A DNA stretch of 48,511 nt from a virus (taxonomy: Duplodnaviria > Caudoviricetes), in IMG/VR virus record IMGVR_UViG_3300020045_002845, positions 1 to 48,511 of that record. The stretch is one strand, 5' to 3'. Below are positions 28,764 to 37,174 of the stretch, in pieces; within the stretch, counting starts at the first letter, position 1; every line of letters begins with the position of its first letter. Under the pieces are notes generated by a model. That model ran no database searches and had not been told where the DNA came from. It saw only the letters and a program-made list of their open reading frames with translations. A program made the translations under genes and the position numbers.

Positions 28764-29400
28764 TAGGTCATACAGTGAGAAGCGGAAGGGATAGTAATTA
28801 GTCGGTCGGCAGCTCATCGACCATTGCCCGAAAATGTCTCAATGTTAGCCATGACGCTGCACTCCTCAGCATCAGCCCATTGATAAAGGCAAAATGAGTC
28901 AGGCGGGGTTTCTGAAGGCTTTCTCCACATGATGGTTAATCACCATGCCGATTCGATTTGACAGCCGGAAGAGACGGCGCACACATATAATGACATTGGA
29001 GCAAGAACCCTTTAACGCAAAAGCATTTCATCGGTCTGATGGTAGGGCGCCGACTTAACAAGGTGAAAGGCCTTCCAGTGTCATTTTATGTGTGGTGAGT
29101 GAGCTAGACGGTGAGGTAAAAGCTCACCGTGGCGACGAAGGCACCACACACCAAACCTGCTACCCTAGGTAATCGGTCGAAAGACGCCGGATAAACGTAA
29201 CCAGCACTTAATTACGCGCCTGATGAGTTCATAAGGAACGAAACGCAATAGCGTCGCGCGGAGTATCCCAAGCCGGGGAATAACTGGATACCAGGGGAGT
29301 TATCCCAAAGATAATTTACGAGTTATCTTTGGGCGTGGGTCGGCAAAGACTCCCTATGCAGCCGACAGCTAGCCCGACAACTAACTCTTAATAAGAGAAT
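28764..29400 (+). ncRNA. Structured non-coding RNA cluster
   Basis: No convincing ORF; many stems, GNRA/UNCG loops, embedded ribozyme. Confidence 0.7.
29206..29264 (+). ncRNA. Type I hammerhead ribozyme
   Basis: CGCGC-CUGAUGA-GUUC(AUAAG)GAAC-GAAA-CGC(AAUA)GCG-UC-GCGCG; all core nucleotides and three stems intact. Confidence 0.92.
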
Positions 29401-29405
29401 TTGAT

Positions 29406-29480
29406 ATGAAATCAGCAGAAGGGTTCGACAACCCAACTAAATTCTACGATGAAGTGTTAAGTAAGCTTGGTAAAAAATAA
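29406..29480 (+). CDS. 24-aa small ORF
   Basis: MKSAEGFDNPTKFYDEVLSKLGKK; AAGAG upstream; ends at a terminator. Confidence 0.45.
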   Translation: MKSAEGFDNPTKFYDEVLSKLGKK

Positions 29481-29482
29481 TC

Positions 29483-29507
29483 AAAGCCGCCCAAGTGGCG
29501 GTTTTTC
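29483..29507 (+). terminator. Intrinsic terminator
   Basis: AAAGCCGCC-CAAGT-GGCGGTTTTT. Confidence 0.75.
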
Positions 29508-29524
29508 TCTAACTGGAGATCGAA

Positions 29525-30088
29525 ATGAAAGAATGGAAATATTTGATTGGGAGTGCTAATGATTTTATTGGTGCGCCGGAGTGGGCGAGTATCATCTATA
29601 CTTACGGAAATAGTGGTTTAATTCGATTCTGTAACGGCTGGAAGGAGGGCTGCAAATTCTCAGGAACAAAGGAGTTTTTAACTCGTCAGTATGATGTTTC
29701 TGCAAGTGATTTAACTCGGTATAAAATCATCGCCCAACGCACTGAATCATTCGGCAGCGCAATCGACCTGGAATTTTGCAAGGCGAATCCTGATCATCCT
29801 AATTGTAAGTGTAAAGAATTATTTCAATCGCAAGATAGCAAGCGCAATGGCGATGCCTTAATGTCACTAGCGTGGAAATCAGCAGAAGGAAAATACAACC
29901 GCCCATACAAAGGCATTACTATCGATATTTACGACGTCCTGCAAGCATTCGCAGTAACCAATCCAGCAACTCAGCACGCTATCAAGAAACTGCTTCGTGC
30001 TGCCTGGCGCGGGCATAAAGATAAAATGCAGGATTTGACAGAAGCACTCAAATCCATTGAGCGTGCAATTGAATTGGAGAAATTATAA
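29525..30088 (+). CDS. Two-domain protein (GAPEWA N-domain + DUF3310-like C-domain)
   Basis: IDIYDVL...HAIKKLLR...KDKMQDL. Confidence 0.65.
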   Translation: MKEWKYLIGSANDFIGAPEWASIIYTYGNSGLIRFCNGWKEGCKFSGTKEFLTRQYDVSASDLTRYKIIAQRTESFGSAIDLEFCKANPDHPNCKCKELFQSQDSKRNGDALMSLAWKSAEGKYNRPYKGITIDIYDVLQAFAVTNPATQHAIKKLLRAAWRGHKDKMQDLTEALKSIERAIELEKL

Positions 30089-30432
30089 TGCTTAGATTTT
30101 TCAGGGCGGTAGCTCAAGATTTATTGTTGTGGGCAATAATTTATTTCGGCCTATATCTACACATTGAATGGGTTGAAAATATCGCCATTGCCTATATTTG
30201 GTTTATTATTGCAATGTTGTGCATTGCTGGACTTATGTCGCAAAACAAGCAGCTCGTTGAGTCCATAAAGAAAAAAGGCCGCCGCTTATGGATTCACAAA
30301 CAATGGGTTAGAGTAACCTGCGTTGCTGAATGTGCTGTAATATTTGCGTTAGGTTATTTTTGGATGGGCGCCTTCTATGTGATAGGCTGCCTATTGGCTC
30401 AGGCTTTATATAATGAAGTGGAGAAAGAATAA
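30088..30432 (+). CDS. Membrane protein
   Basis: About 4 hydrophobic segments. Confidence 0.65.
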   Translation: MLRFFRAVAQDLLLWAIIYFGLYLHIEWVENIAIAYIWFIIAMLCIAGLMSQNKQLVESIKKKGRRLWIHKQWVRVTCVAECAVIFALGYFWMGAFYVIGCLLAQALYNEVEKE

Positions 30433-30695
30433 TGTCATTCACAGATATCAGCAGTGCAACACGTAATAGCGATTACAATAACATCACCGTAGGCAGCGCT
30501 ACGCTGGTTTCCCTTAACTCATCCGGCGATGCTGTACTGAAAATCGATTCAGATACCGCTTTACTCTATCTCAGCGCAATCTCACTATCTGGCGGCAAGC
30601 CGGTGTGCTTCGCATATCAGGGGAGTTATTTTATCCCTGAATCTTACGAAGATGGTAAGCTGAGTTGCTCACTGGTTCGTATTGTTTCAGCATAA
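30432..30695 (+). CDS. Hypothetical protein
   Basis: TAATG coupling. Confidence 0.6.
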   Translation: MSFTDISSATRNSDYNNITVGSATLVSLNSSGDAVLKIDSDTALLYLSAISLSGGKPVCFAYQGSYFIPESYEDGKLSCSLVRIVSA

Positions 30696-30710
30696 AAGAG
30701 GAAATAAATT

Positions 30711-30974
30711 ATGAGTCATGCGAAATCAAAAGCCATTTCATCCGTGGTCGATGAAATGTGTGCTCAAGATGTTAAATGGGGAGCAGACCGTGATCAGCAT
30801 CCTTTTGTGTGGATGACTATTCTCACTGAAGAAGTTGGCGAGGCCGCACAAGCATCTTTGCATCGAGAGTTTGGCGGGAACGCTGCTGAAGGTTTGCGCA
30901 ATGAGCTTGTTCAGATTGCCGCTGTAGCACTTCAGTTTATTGAGCAATTAGACAGGGAAGATGATTGCAACTAG
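30711..30974 (+). CDS. MazG-like nucleotide pyrophosphohydrolase
   Basis: ILTEEVGEAA...LRNELVQIAAVA. Confidence 0.7.
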   Translation: MSHAKSKAISSVVDEMCAQDVKWGADRDQHPFVWMTILTEEVGEAAQASLHREFGGNAAEGLRNELVQIAAVALQFIEQLDREDDCN

Positions 30975-30991
30975 CCTATTGCAGACCAACT

Positions 30992-31012
30992 AAGCCCCTC
31001 GCGGGGCTTTTT
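30992..31012. terminator. Bidirectional intrinsic terminator
   Basis: AAGCCCC-TCGC-GGGGCTTTTT. Confidence 0.85.
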
Positions 31013-31268
31013 ATTGTCCGATAGTAATCTCATACCACGCCTGCCAGCCATATACCTGTTGCCTCAATTCAGCCGCACACTGCGCATTCTCAATGTCAGC
31101 CTGTAAATCTTCATCGCTATCCTTTCCTGCTGCTGTTAACTCACAAGGCTCAGCCTTTAGGCTTGCTGACGGAGTTGGCGGCGTCAATGGCTGATTGGCG
31201 CAACCTGATACTGTCAGCATCAAAATCACACTTAACGTGAGGCTCTTTAACGTACTTGATAACGTCAT
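31011..31268 (-). CDS. o-spanin (Rz1-like lipoprotein)
   Basis: Lipobox VSGC, Pro-rich; overlaps the i-spanin. Confidence 0.75.
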   Translation of the reverse strand: MTLSSTLKSLTLSVILMLTVSGCANQPLTPPTPSASLKAEPCELTAAGKDSDEDLQADIENAQCAAELRQQVYGWQAWYEITIGQ

Positions 31269-31488
31269 GGTTGATGACCTTATATTTTGTTTGAATGACA
31301 ATGCGCTCTTTCTCCTGGGTATCCTCGACAACGGCTAACTTCACCTCTGCCTTATCCTTTTTCTCCCTGGCCTCATTATTAATCTTATCGGCATGAGCTG
31401 ACCAGCCGGAGCGGTATGCGTAGATGTGGCTGCCAGTCAGCAATACCAGCACGCATCCGGTGACGATTAGGTTAGTCTTTAGTGTCAT
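31150..31488 (-). CDS. i-spanin (Rz-like)
   Basis: N-terminal TM, coiled coil, one periplasmic Cys. Confidence 0.75.
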   Translation of the reverse strand: MTLKTNLIVTGCVLVLLTGSHIYAYRSGWSAHADKINNEAREKKDKAEVKLAVVEDTQEKERIVIQTKYKVINHDVIKYVKEPHVKCDFDADSIRLRQSAIDAANSVSKPKG

Positions 31489-31688
31489 AGCGGAGAACCC
31501 CCGATAAATATATTCACCACCATGAGCAGCGAGCGCATTACCTCAACCACTAGAACTAAGGCGGCATATACTGTCGGGGCTATGTATGGCTGCAAGGCGG
31601 GTAAATTCGTGCCGAGAGCTGCCAGCGCGCCAATGAACAGCGCCACCCTGAACTTTCTATTTCTCCACAGCCTTGCAAGCCACTTCAT
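31485..31688 (-). CDS. Putative holin
   Basis: 67 aa, basic N-terminus, 2 TM, between endolysin and spanins. Confidence 0.6.
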   Translation of the reverse strand: MKWLARLWRNRKFRVALFIGALAALGTNLPALQPYIAPTVYAALVLVVEVMRSLLMVVNIFIGGSPL

Positions 31689-32122
31689 GATTTGTATAAC
31701 TCCGCCTCACGCGCCCTGCGAGTTGTTAAGCCGGCCATGACTTTGCCGCTTGCCTTATTCCAGCGGGAGAACTCAAGCGCTGCCCCAGCATAATCACCAG
31801 CATTGTGTTTCTTTAGTAAAGTTGAGCTTTGCAGGTTGCCAAGGCCAAGGTTGTAGGCGAATGAAACCATCGCATCAAACTGGCCTTGTGTTGTGACTGG
31901 TACGAGCTTGTTTACTCCAGCCTCGAATTTAGCAAGGTCTTGCGCCAGCCATGCATCAGCCTGTGCTTGGGTATATTTCACGCCAAGAGAAACATCTGGG
32001 ACTGTATGCCCGTAACCCGCAGTATAAGGTTTGCCGCCTGTCGCTGGGTCTGGATAACCCACAAGCTTTAATCCTTCTGACTCTTTGATTTCCTGAATGC
32101 CTTTTGCTGATGTTCGTTTCAT
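31685..32122 (-). CDS. Endolysin (GH24 lysozyme)
   Basis: EGLKLVGYPD...TAGYGHT, FDAMVSFAYNLG, GLTTRR. Confidence 0.92.
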   Translation of the reverse strand: MKRTSAKGIQEIKESEGLKLVGYPDPATGGKPYTAGYGHTVPDVSLGVKYTQAQADAWLAQDLAKFEAGVNKLVPVTTQGQFDAMVSFAYNLGLGNLQSSTLLKKHNAGDYAGAALEFSRWNKASGKVMAGLTTRRAREAELYKS

Positions 32123-33051
32123 TGGTTAGCCTTATCCCATGCTGCTTTTTCTTTGGCATATTCCTCATTCAGCTTTTCGCTGATGGAGGGCTTGCCGTTA
32201 ATAACTAATGCTTCAGTTTGTCCGCAGTGGCACCGGTATTTGTTTCCATCTCTACTGTAGAAGTCAGCAACCTCTTCGGTAGTAAATGTATGTCCATGAC
32301 GACGCCCATGGCTCTGTCTGGTTGTAGGCAGAAGCGCTGATGTCCACAACAAAACAATCTCAAGGCCAAGTAGCGCTTTTGTTTCATCCGCCTCATCGCG
32401 CCTTGCCTTGCGTAGCGCTCCCGTTATTTCAGTCTGGGCGACATTGCGCGCATAACTCCGACTTACCTCAAGACGAGTCGCAATATCCGTCACAACTGAT
32501 TTAGGGTTCGCGCCAGCCGCAATACCTTCACTGATAATTCCAGCCAAGTCGGAGCGGCCAGCGTCAGTCAATCCTTTCCAGTCGCTATAAGAACTGGCAT
32601 AAGCAATGCCCACGCGCGTCTGATAGGGCTGTGAGAACAGGATAGTTGATAGTGAGCGCTCAGTGGCATACGTTGCACTCATAGAGGCAAGATTAGACTG
32701 TGCCGCAAGCGTGCCTTGCCGGTAAGCATCTTCTATGCTTAAGCCCATCCAGAAGCGGTTTATCTCATAACCATCAAGAAGCCATTTATCAAGAATGCTT
32801 TGCAGTTGCTCTGATAATTGCGCCGCCCTCTGTGCATTGAAGTCGTAAGTGTAATTCGAGGCATCTGCATTCCCTTGGCGAACCGGAATAGCATTGAACA
32901 GTGCCGACACCTCATCTTTAATGCCACGATAACGCGCATTGATAGATATGAAAGCCTTGTTCAGCAAAGGAGCTGCGCGTACTGGGTCGGTGCGCGACGT
33001 GGGAACCTTTGGTGAAGGCAGTCTGGCATTAATCCTGAACTGCTGGAGCAT
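32119..33051 (-). CDS. Head morphogenesis protein (SPP1 gp7/Mu F-like)
   Basis: AQTE, TTRQSHGRRHG, YRCHC; follows the portal gene. Confidence 0.8.
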   Translation of the reverse strand: MLQQFRINARLPSPKVPTSRTDPVRAAPLLNKAFISINARYRGIKDEVSALFNAIPVRQGNADASNYTYDFNAQRAAQLSEQLQSILDKWLLDGYEINRFWMGLSIEDAYRQGTLAAQSNLASMSATYATERSLSTILFSQPYQTRVGIAYASSYSDWKGLTDAGRSDLAGIISEGIAAGANPKSVVTDIATRLEVSRSYARNVAQTEITGALRKARRDEADETKALLGLEIVLLWTSALLPTTRQSHGRRHGHTFTTEEVADFYSRDGNKYRCHCGQTEALVINGKPSISEKLNEEYAKEKAAWDKANQ

Positions 33052-34417
33052 TACCGCCTTCTCCTGTGCTAGTTGGTAATTTCGGTTCCTTAATTGGCTC
33101 GAATCCGGCAGCAATACGCATCTCGTTAATGGTTAGCGCCGACTGCCCTACAGAATCAAACACGGCTTTGTTTGCCGTTGCCAGAGTAGAGAATAAGGTA
33201 GCCTTATCACTTGGCGATGGCTCAATTAGCTCAGGCCACTCAATATCAAATTCATCTATTGCGCCAACAATACCAAATCCCTGAAGCTTTTTAATCAAGC
33301 AGCGGATAACATGGTCAAGGAATCCAACTCGGCGTTGCGAGGCCATATTTGCATAATCGGTCTGGTCTTCATCGCTGGCTAGTCGTCCTGTCTGCTGCCC
33401 GAACACAATAGTAAATGGTAACCGGATAGATGCACAAAAGGAATTAGCAGCAACCTCCCACGTTTCCTTTGGGTCTGCGGGGGTAACAGAAAGCACTTGA
33501 GCCTCACCCTGCATGGTTACTAGGCAAGCATCAATAGCCTCATTCAAATCAACAATACCATCATTGATAGCATCCATTAGTTCGTCTACCGGAACGCCAG
33601 CAAACTGCGCCAACTGCTGCGGAGTAACCTTGTCACCATTATAATTAATGTGAATCTGGCGGCTGGCATTTTTCAGGAATCCTTCGGCACTCCCGCCACC
33701 GGATTTCTGCATATCGATGAGCATATTAAAGCCAGCGCGCAGCAATGGGATGCCTGAATAGATAGAACCATCCATAGCACCCTCTGCAAGTACTAGTACG
33801 CGGTCTGGGTGAATATCAATGGTATCCATCGGCTCGCCATCGGTATTCTCGTCAAGTGTCCTTTGCGGGTTATATGCCCACATCTTCGGCTCACCATACT
33901 TAGGGTCTTGCACATCCTGATACCACTCAGTGACGCGCATATCCTCTTCCCATGCAGGGATATACTTGACGATGGCTTTATCTTTCGTATTCAGCACACC
34001 AACTGGCTCACTCCATGCCTTGCCATCAGCAAACTGAATAAGTAGGCATGAGTATCTATTTACCAAGTTGCGCCGGTCGGCATCCTTAAGGAAAGGATAA
34101 ACATGGCACATCAGCTTGTTAGTATCTTTTTCCCACTGAGTCTCTTCTTTGTCATCCATGCCATCTTGAATAATTTCAGGGAATTTCTCCCAGCACTTTT
34201 CTAGTACGCGATGAACTGCGGCATGTGCTGCAGGATGACGCTCATAGGCAAACCGGTAATCAGCAGCACAGATATTATGCTTGTACCCTAACTCAGTCCA
34301 GATTCTATCGTGCTTTTGGTCAAGGCCTTTACCGGCAAAAGATAGGCGTTGTCGCTCCAGCATATTTGAGTTAATCGCTACCTGTAGCGCATTAGCTGTT
34401 AGTTTTTTGTTGCTCAT
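33029..34417 (-). CDS. Portal protein (DUF1073-like)
   Basis: IHPDRV, GQQTGRLASDED; size and position. Confidence 0.85.
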   Translation of the reverse strand: MSNKKLTANALQVAINSNMLERQRLSFAGKGLDQKHDRIWTELGYKHNICAADYRFAYERHPAAHAAVHRVLEKCWEKFPEIIQDGMDDKEETQWEKDTNKLMCHVYPFLKDADRRNLVNRYSCLLIQFADGKAWSEPVGVLNTKDKAIVKYIPAWEEDMRVTEWYQDVQDPKYGEPKMWAYNPQRTLDENTDGEPMDTIDIHPDRVLVLAEGAMDGSIYSGIPLLRAGFNMLIDMQKSGGGSAEGFLKNASRQIHINYNGDKVTPQQLAQFAGVPVDELMDAINDGIVDLNEAIDACLVTMQGEAQVLSVTPADPKETWEVAANSFCASIRLPFTIVFGQQTGRLASDEDQTDYANMASQRRVGFLDHVIRCLIKKLQGFGIVGAIDEFDIEWPELIEPSPSDKATLFSTLATANKAVFDSVGQSALTINEMRIAAGFEPIKEPKLPTSTGEGGNAPAVQD

Positions 34418-34449
34418 TCTTATTCCTCAATAGCAATCGGTAGATTATA

Positions 34450-36363
34450 TCATGCTGGCGTAGCAATTAATGCCCCAAGCGCCGTATAGTTATTGTCAGA
34501 CCTTACCAGCGTCATGGCCTTTGATCCGCCGTTTGTTTTATTCACAGCAGTGACGACATTGTTGTAAACATGATAATACCCACTAATACCAGAGTTACCG
34601 CCAAGCTCATTCATTGAGATGCTGCCCGGACCTTTGTTATCCCATACCCTAATTGTTCTTGCCTGGTTAAAGTTGGATGTAACAAGATAGATAAACGTGC
34701 TGCCCGATACCCATGACGCACCACTATCTAATCGGCACACGTTGCCAGATATATCTACATCCCCAAGGTTATTTTGATAGTTTGCGTGCGTTCTAATTAG
34801 CTGAATAGCGGCTGCGGGCGTCGTAGTAATCCTAAAATCATTATCTTCTATTCGTAAATCGCCATTGTTTGTTGCAGTGAATGTAACACGAGTATCCCCC
34901 AAGAAGTTTCCACGCAAGGATAGCTTATTTGCTGGTCCATTTGCTCCATCCACGGTGCATAGAGTATTTGTCGTATCTGTTGATGACCGTCTGAACATGC
35001 ATCCAGCAATATTTACCTCATACCCACTTTCTGGAAGTGATGAGCTATTGTAGTTTCGATAATGCGGGTATCCGCCCATCTGCACACTTGAGCACCCAGT
35101 AATATCATGCGTCTTACCGAAGAAGAAAGACGCATAGTTACCATTCTGGTAGTTTCTAGCGTGACAGCCAATAGTTTTTGCGGTAATGGTTCCTTCGTGG
35201 TCAAATCCAACGTCGCCCCCCACTGTGTCCCTAAATGCTGAGCAGCCATTGAATTCAGTCAAGATACCCATGCTGCCCCATAAACCTGCCATCCAACAGT
35301 TATCTGCGACAAATCCAATAACGAGTATATTGTCAGCTTTGCGTTGATTACCTACCGAGCCTTGTGATGCAGGGTCACTATCACCGCCCCAGTAATACAT
35401 GCCGTATTTATACGCCTTGGCGCGCCCACCAATGATAGTCACGCCATCAATAAACTGGGCAACGATGAAGGATTCTGCTGATTGGGTTGCGTTAGTATAC
35501 TCACCAACCGGATTTATGATTGATACATTTCTTGGAACGTTAGTTTTATTCACCCAGTCGATAGTGTCATAGCTTATGCCTGGGCTTGATTTAAACAACG
35601 AACAGTCAGTGCAACGTGGGTTTCTGATGGTTAGATTTTTGTTTGCACCAAGTATGCGTACGGCAAATGCTCCTGGGTTGCCAATAAATATTAGGTTGTC
35701 CAGAAGATTGTTATCGCCAGCCTGCAAACAAAAAGACCCTGTAAAAGTAATTGCCCCACCTAGTGAAGTTATCTTTTGCCCGGAAGATAGCTGGATGACT
35801 GACGAGCCAAGATTATAATTATTTGAAAATATGACATTCTTGCCAGTAGCGATAGCTGATACCAGCCCACCAGTATAGGTATCTGCATTAATAGTGTTTG
35901 GTATTGACCCAGCCGCAACAATATCGTCAATTTCTATCTTGGAGTATATGGATAGGTTTGCCCTAGCTGCTTGCTTATCTTCCACGTCATTGAGATTCTG
36001 CTCCTTATCCATTGCACCATTGACTAGCTCCACACCACCTGGTGCACCAAGCCGAGACAAGACATCTAGCACATATGCTTCATCATTATCATTGAGCAAG
36101 TAGTCGTTAAGCGTGCCATTAATAGAGCCGGAAAGGATAGTAATCATCCCGATATCGATGACTCTACCATTGCCATAATTGACTAGTACATTGTATGAGC
36201 CAATCGGCAGCGTAACTGAGTATGAGCCATTCGAGCCAGTAGTCAGTGATGATGATGCGTGGAACGTAACCTGCTCGTAATTTCTAACAGCTTCGAATGT
36301 GATTTTAGCGCCAGCAATCGCTGTGCCGTCTGGTGCCTGCAAGATTCCTGACAGAGTGGTCAT
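34450..36363 (-). CDS. Tailspike-like polysaccharide depolymerase with Stf-like N-terminal domain
   Basis: TLSGILQAPDG...GSYSVTLPIGSYNV...GTLNDYL; Asn/Gly-rich beta-helix-like body (WGGDS, DVGFDHEG). Confidence 0.75.
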   Translation of the reverse strand: MTTLSGILQAPDGTAIAGAKITFEAVRNYEQVTFHASSSLTTGSNGSYSVTLPIGSYNVLVNYGNGRVIDIGMITILSGSINGTLNDYLLNDNDEAYVLDVLSRLGAPGGVELVNGAMDKEQNLNDVEDKQAARANLSIYSKIEIDDIVAAGSIPNTINADTYTGGLVSAIATGKNVIFSNNYNLGSSVIQLSSGQKITSLGGAITFTGSFCLQAGDNNLLDNLIFIGNPGAFAVRILGANKNLTIRNPRCTDCSLFKSSPGISYDTIDWVNKTNVPRNVSIINPVGEYTNATQSAESFIVAQFIDGVTIIGGRAKAYKYGMYYWGGDSDPASQGSVGNQRKADNILVIGFVADNCWMAGLWGSMGILTEFNGCSAFRDTVGGDVGFDHEGTITAKTIGCHARNYQNGNYASFFFGKTHDITGCSSVQMGGYPHYRNYNSSSLPESGYEVNIAGCMFRRSSTDTTNTLCTVDGANGPANKLSLRGNFLGDTRVTFTATNNGDLRIEDNDFRITTTPAAAIQLIRTHANYQNNLGDVDISGNVCRLDSGASWVSGSTFIYLVTSNFNQARTIRVWDNKGPGSISMNELGGNSGISGYYHVYNNVVTAVNKTNGGSKAMTLVRSDNNYTALGALIATPA

Positions 36364-36424
36364 TATTCGTCTCTATACGGTAGGGTTTTGCAGATTATAT
36401 CACGGGATAGGTTGATTTACGGGC

Positions 36425-36449
36425 AAAGAAAAGCCGCTGTTAGGCGGCT
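36425..36449 (-). terminator. Intrinsic terminator
   Basis: AGCCGC-CTAACA-GCGGCT-TTTCTTT on minus strand. Confidence 0.7.
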
Positions 36450-36708
36450 ATGAGAATAATGATCGGATGTATTTTTCGCAGGTTGGAGCACTTCCGTATC
36501 TAACCTTGCTCTTGTGTTGATATTTATTTGTTGTTGGGTAAAAAACAACAGTACCTTTATCTGTTGCAAAATACATTGAACCAGAAGAATCAACATTATA
36601 TGAAAGGCCGCAGCTAATCATATGTGCTTTATTTCTTTCTAAATTATCATTCTTACGCTCGCGATTGTGCTCTCGTAAAGCCTTAAAATCATCACCACAG
36701 TCACCCAT
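36448..36708 (-). CDS. Hypothetical protein
   Basis: MGDCGDDFKALRE; GAGG RBS. Confidence 0.65.
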   Translation of the reverse strand: MGDCGDDFKALREHNRERKNDNLERNKAHMISCGLSYNVDSSGSMYFATDKGTVVFYPTTNKYQHKSKVRYGSAPTCEKYIRSLFS

Positions 36709-36714
36709 AACCCC

Positions 36715-36924
36715 TCACTTATATTTAACAAACCCGCGAACATTAAACCCCATGCCTTGGCGCATAGCAATGAAATAATCCTCAATACAGCGCTCGGCGA
36801 CTTCTTCTGATACCTCAAACTCTTCAGATATGTAAAGGTCATTGATCCCATTAGCGGCCATCTCGTACATCTGCCGCTTTTCGTCTTCAGTAATGTGTTT
36901 GTATGCGCGCATGGTGAACTCCAT
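36715..36924 (-). CDS. Small HTH-like protein
   Basis: YKHITEDEKRQMYEMAANG...ISEEFEVS. Confidence 0.5.
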   Translation of the reverse strand: MEFTMRAYKHITEDEKRQMYEMAANGINDLYISEEFEVSEEVAERCIEDYFIAMRQGMGFNVRGFVKYK

Positions 36925-36969
36925 AATTTATCTGCCGGTAGTTTACCGCAATCTACCGGCTTTGATAAG

Positions 36970-37164
36970 TTATTTTTTGCGAGAAACAAACTTAAACTCT
37001 CTGACAGGAAGATTTACTGACTCAATGCTGTAGTCATATTTTTCATCTATCTTTATATCAACTCCTTTTTGTATGGCATCCATAAGAATGTTAATGCTTT
37101 CAGCATATACATGAGCTACCTCTTTTTGCACCCCGTTCCTCGCTACTATCATATATTTATTCAT
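36970..37164 (-). CDS. Hypothetical protein
   Basis: 64-aa ORF in the operon. Confidence 0.55.
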   Translation of the reverse strand: MNKYMIVARNGVQKEVAHVYAESINILMDAIQKGVDIKIDEKYDYSIESVNLPVREFKFVSRKK

Positions 37165-37174
37165 TATTTATAAC

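Noticed and set aside
29258-29300. Twister ribozyme (UCCCAAGCC resembles twister L4)
   Set aside because: Could not build P4 and P2 or a correctly placed U-A cleavage site
29415-29440. tRNA (GGTTCGA T-arm-like)
   Set aside because: No acceptor, D or anticodon arms; lies within the 24-aa sORF
33029-34417. Anti-CBASS Acb1 label sometimes given to DUF1073 proteins
   Set aside because: Size, motifs and synteny indicate the portal
36934-36960. Seventh GCGG-TAGATT promoter / GCCGGTAG inverted repeat
   Set aside because: No acceptable -35 at 17 bp for the TAGATT copy; hairpin function unclear
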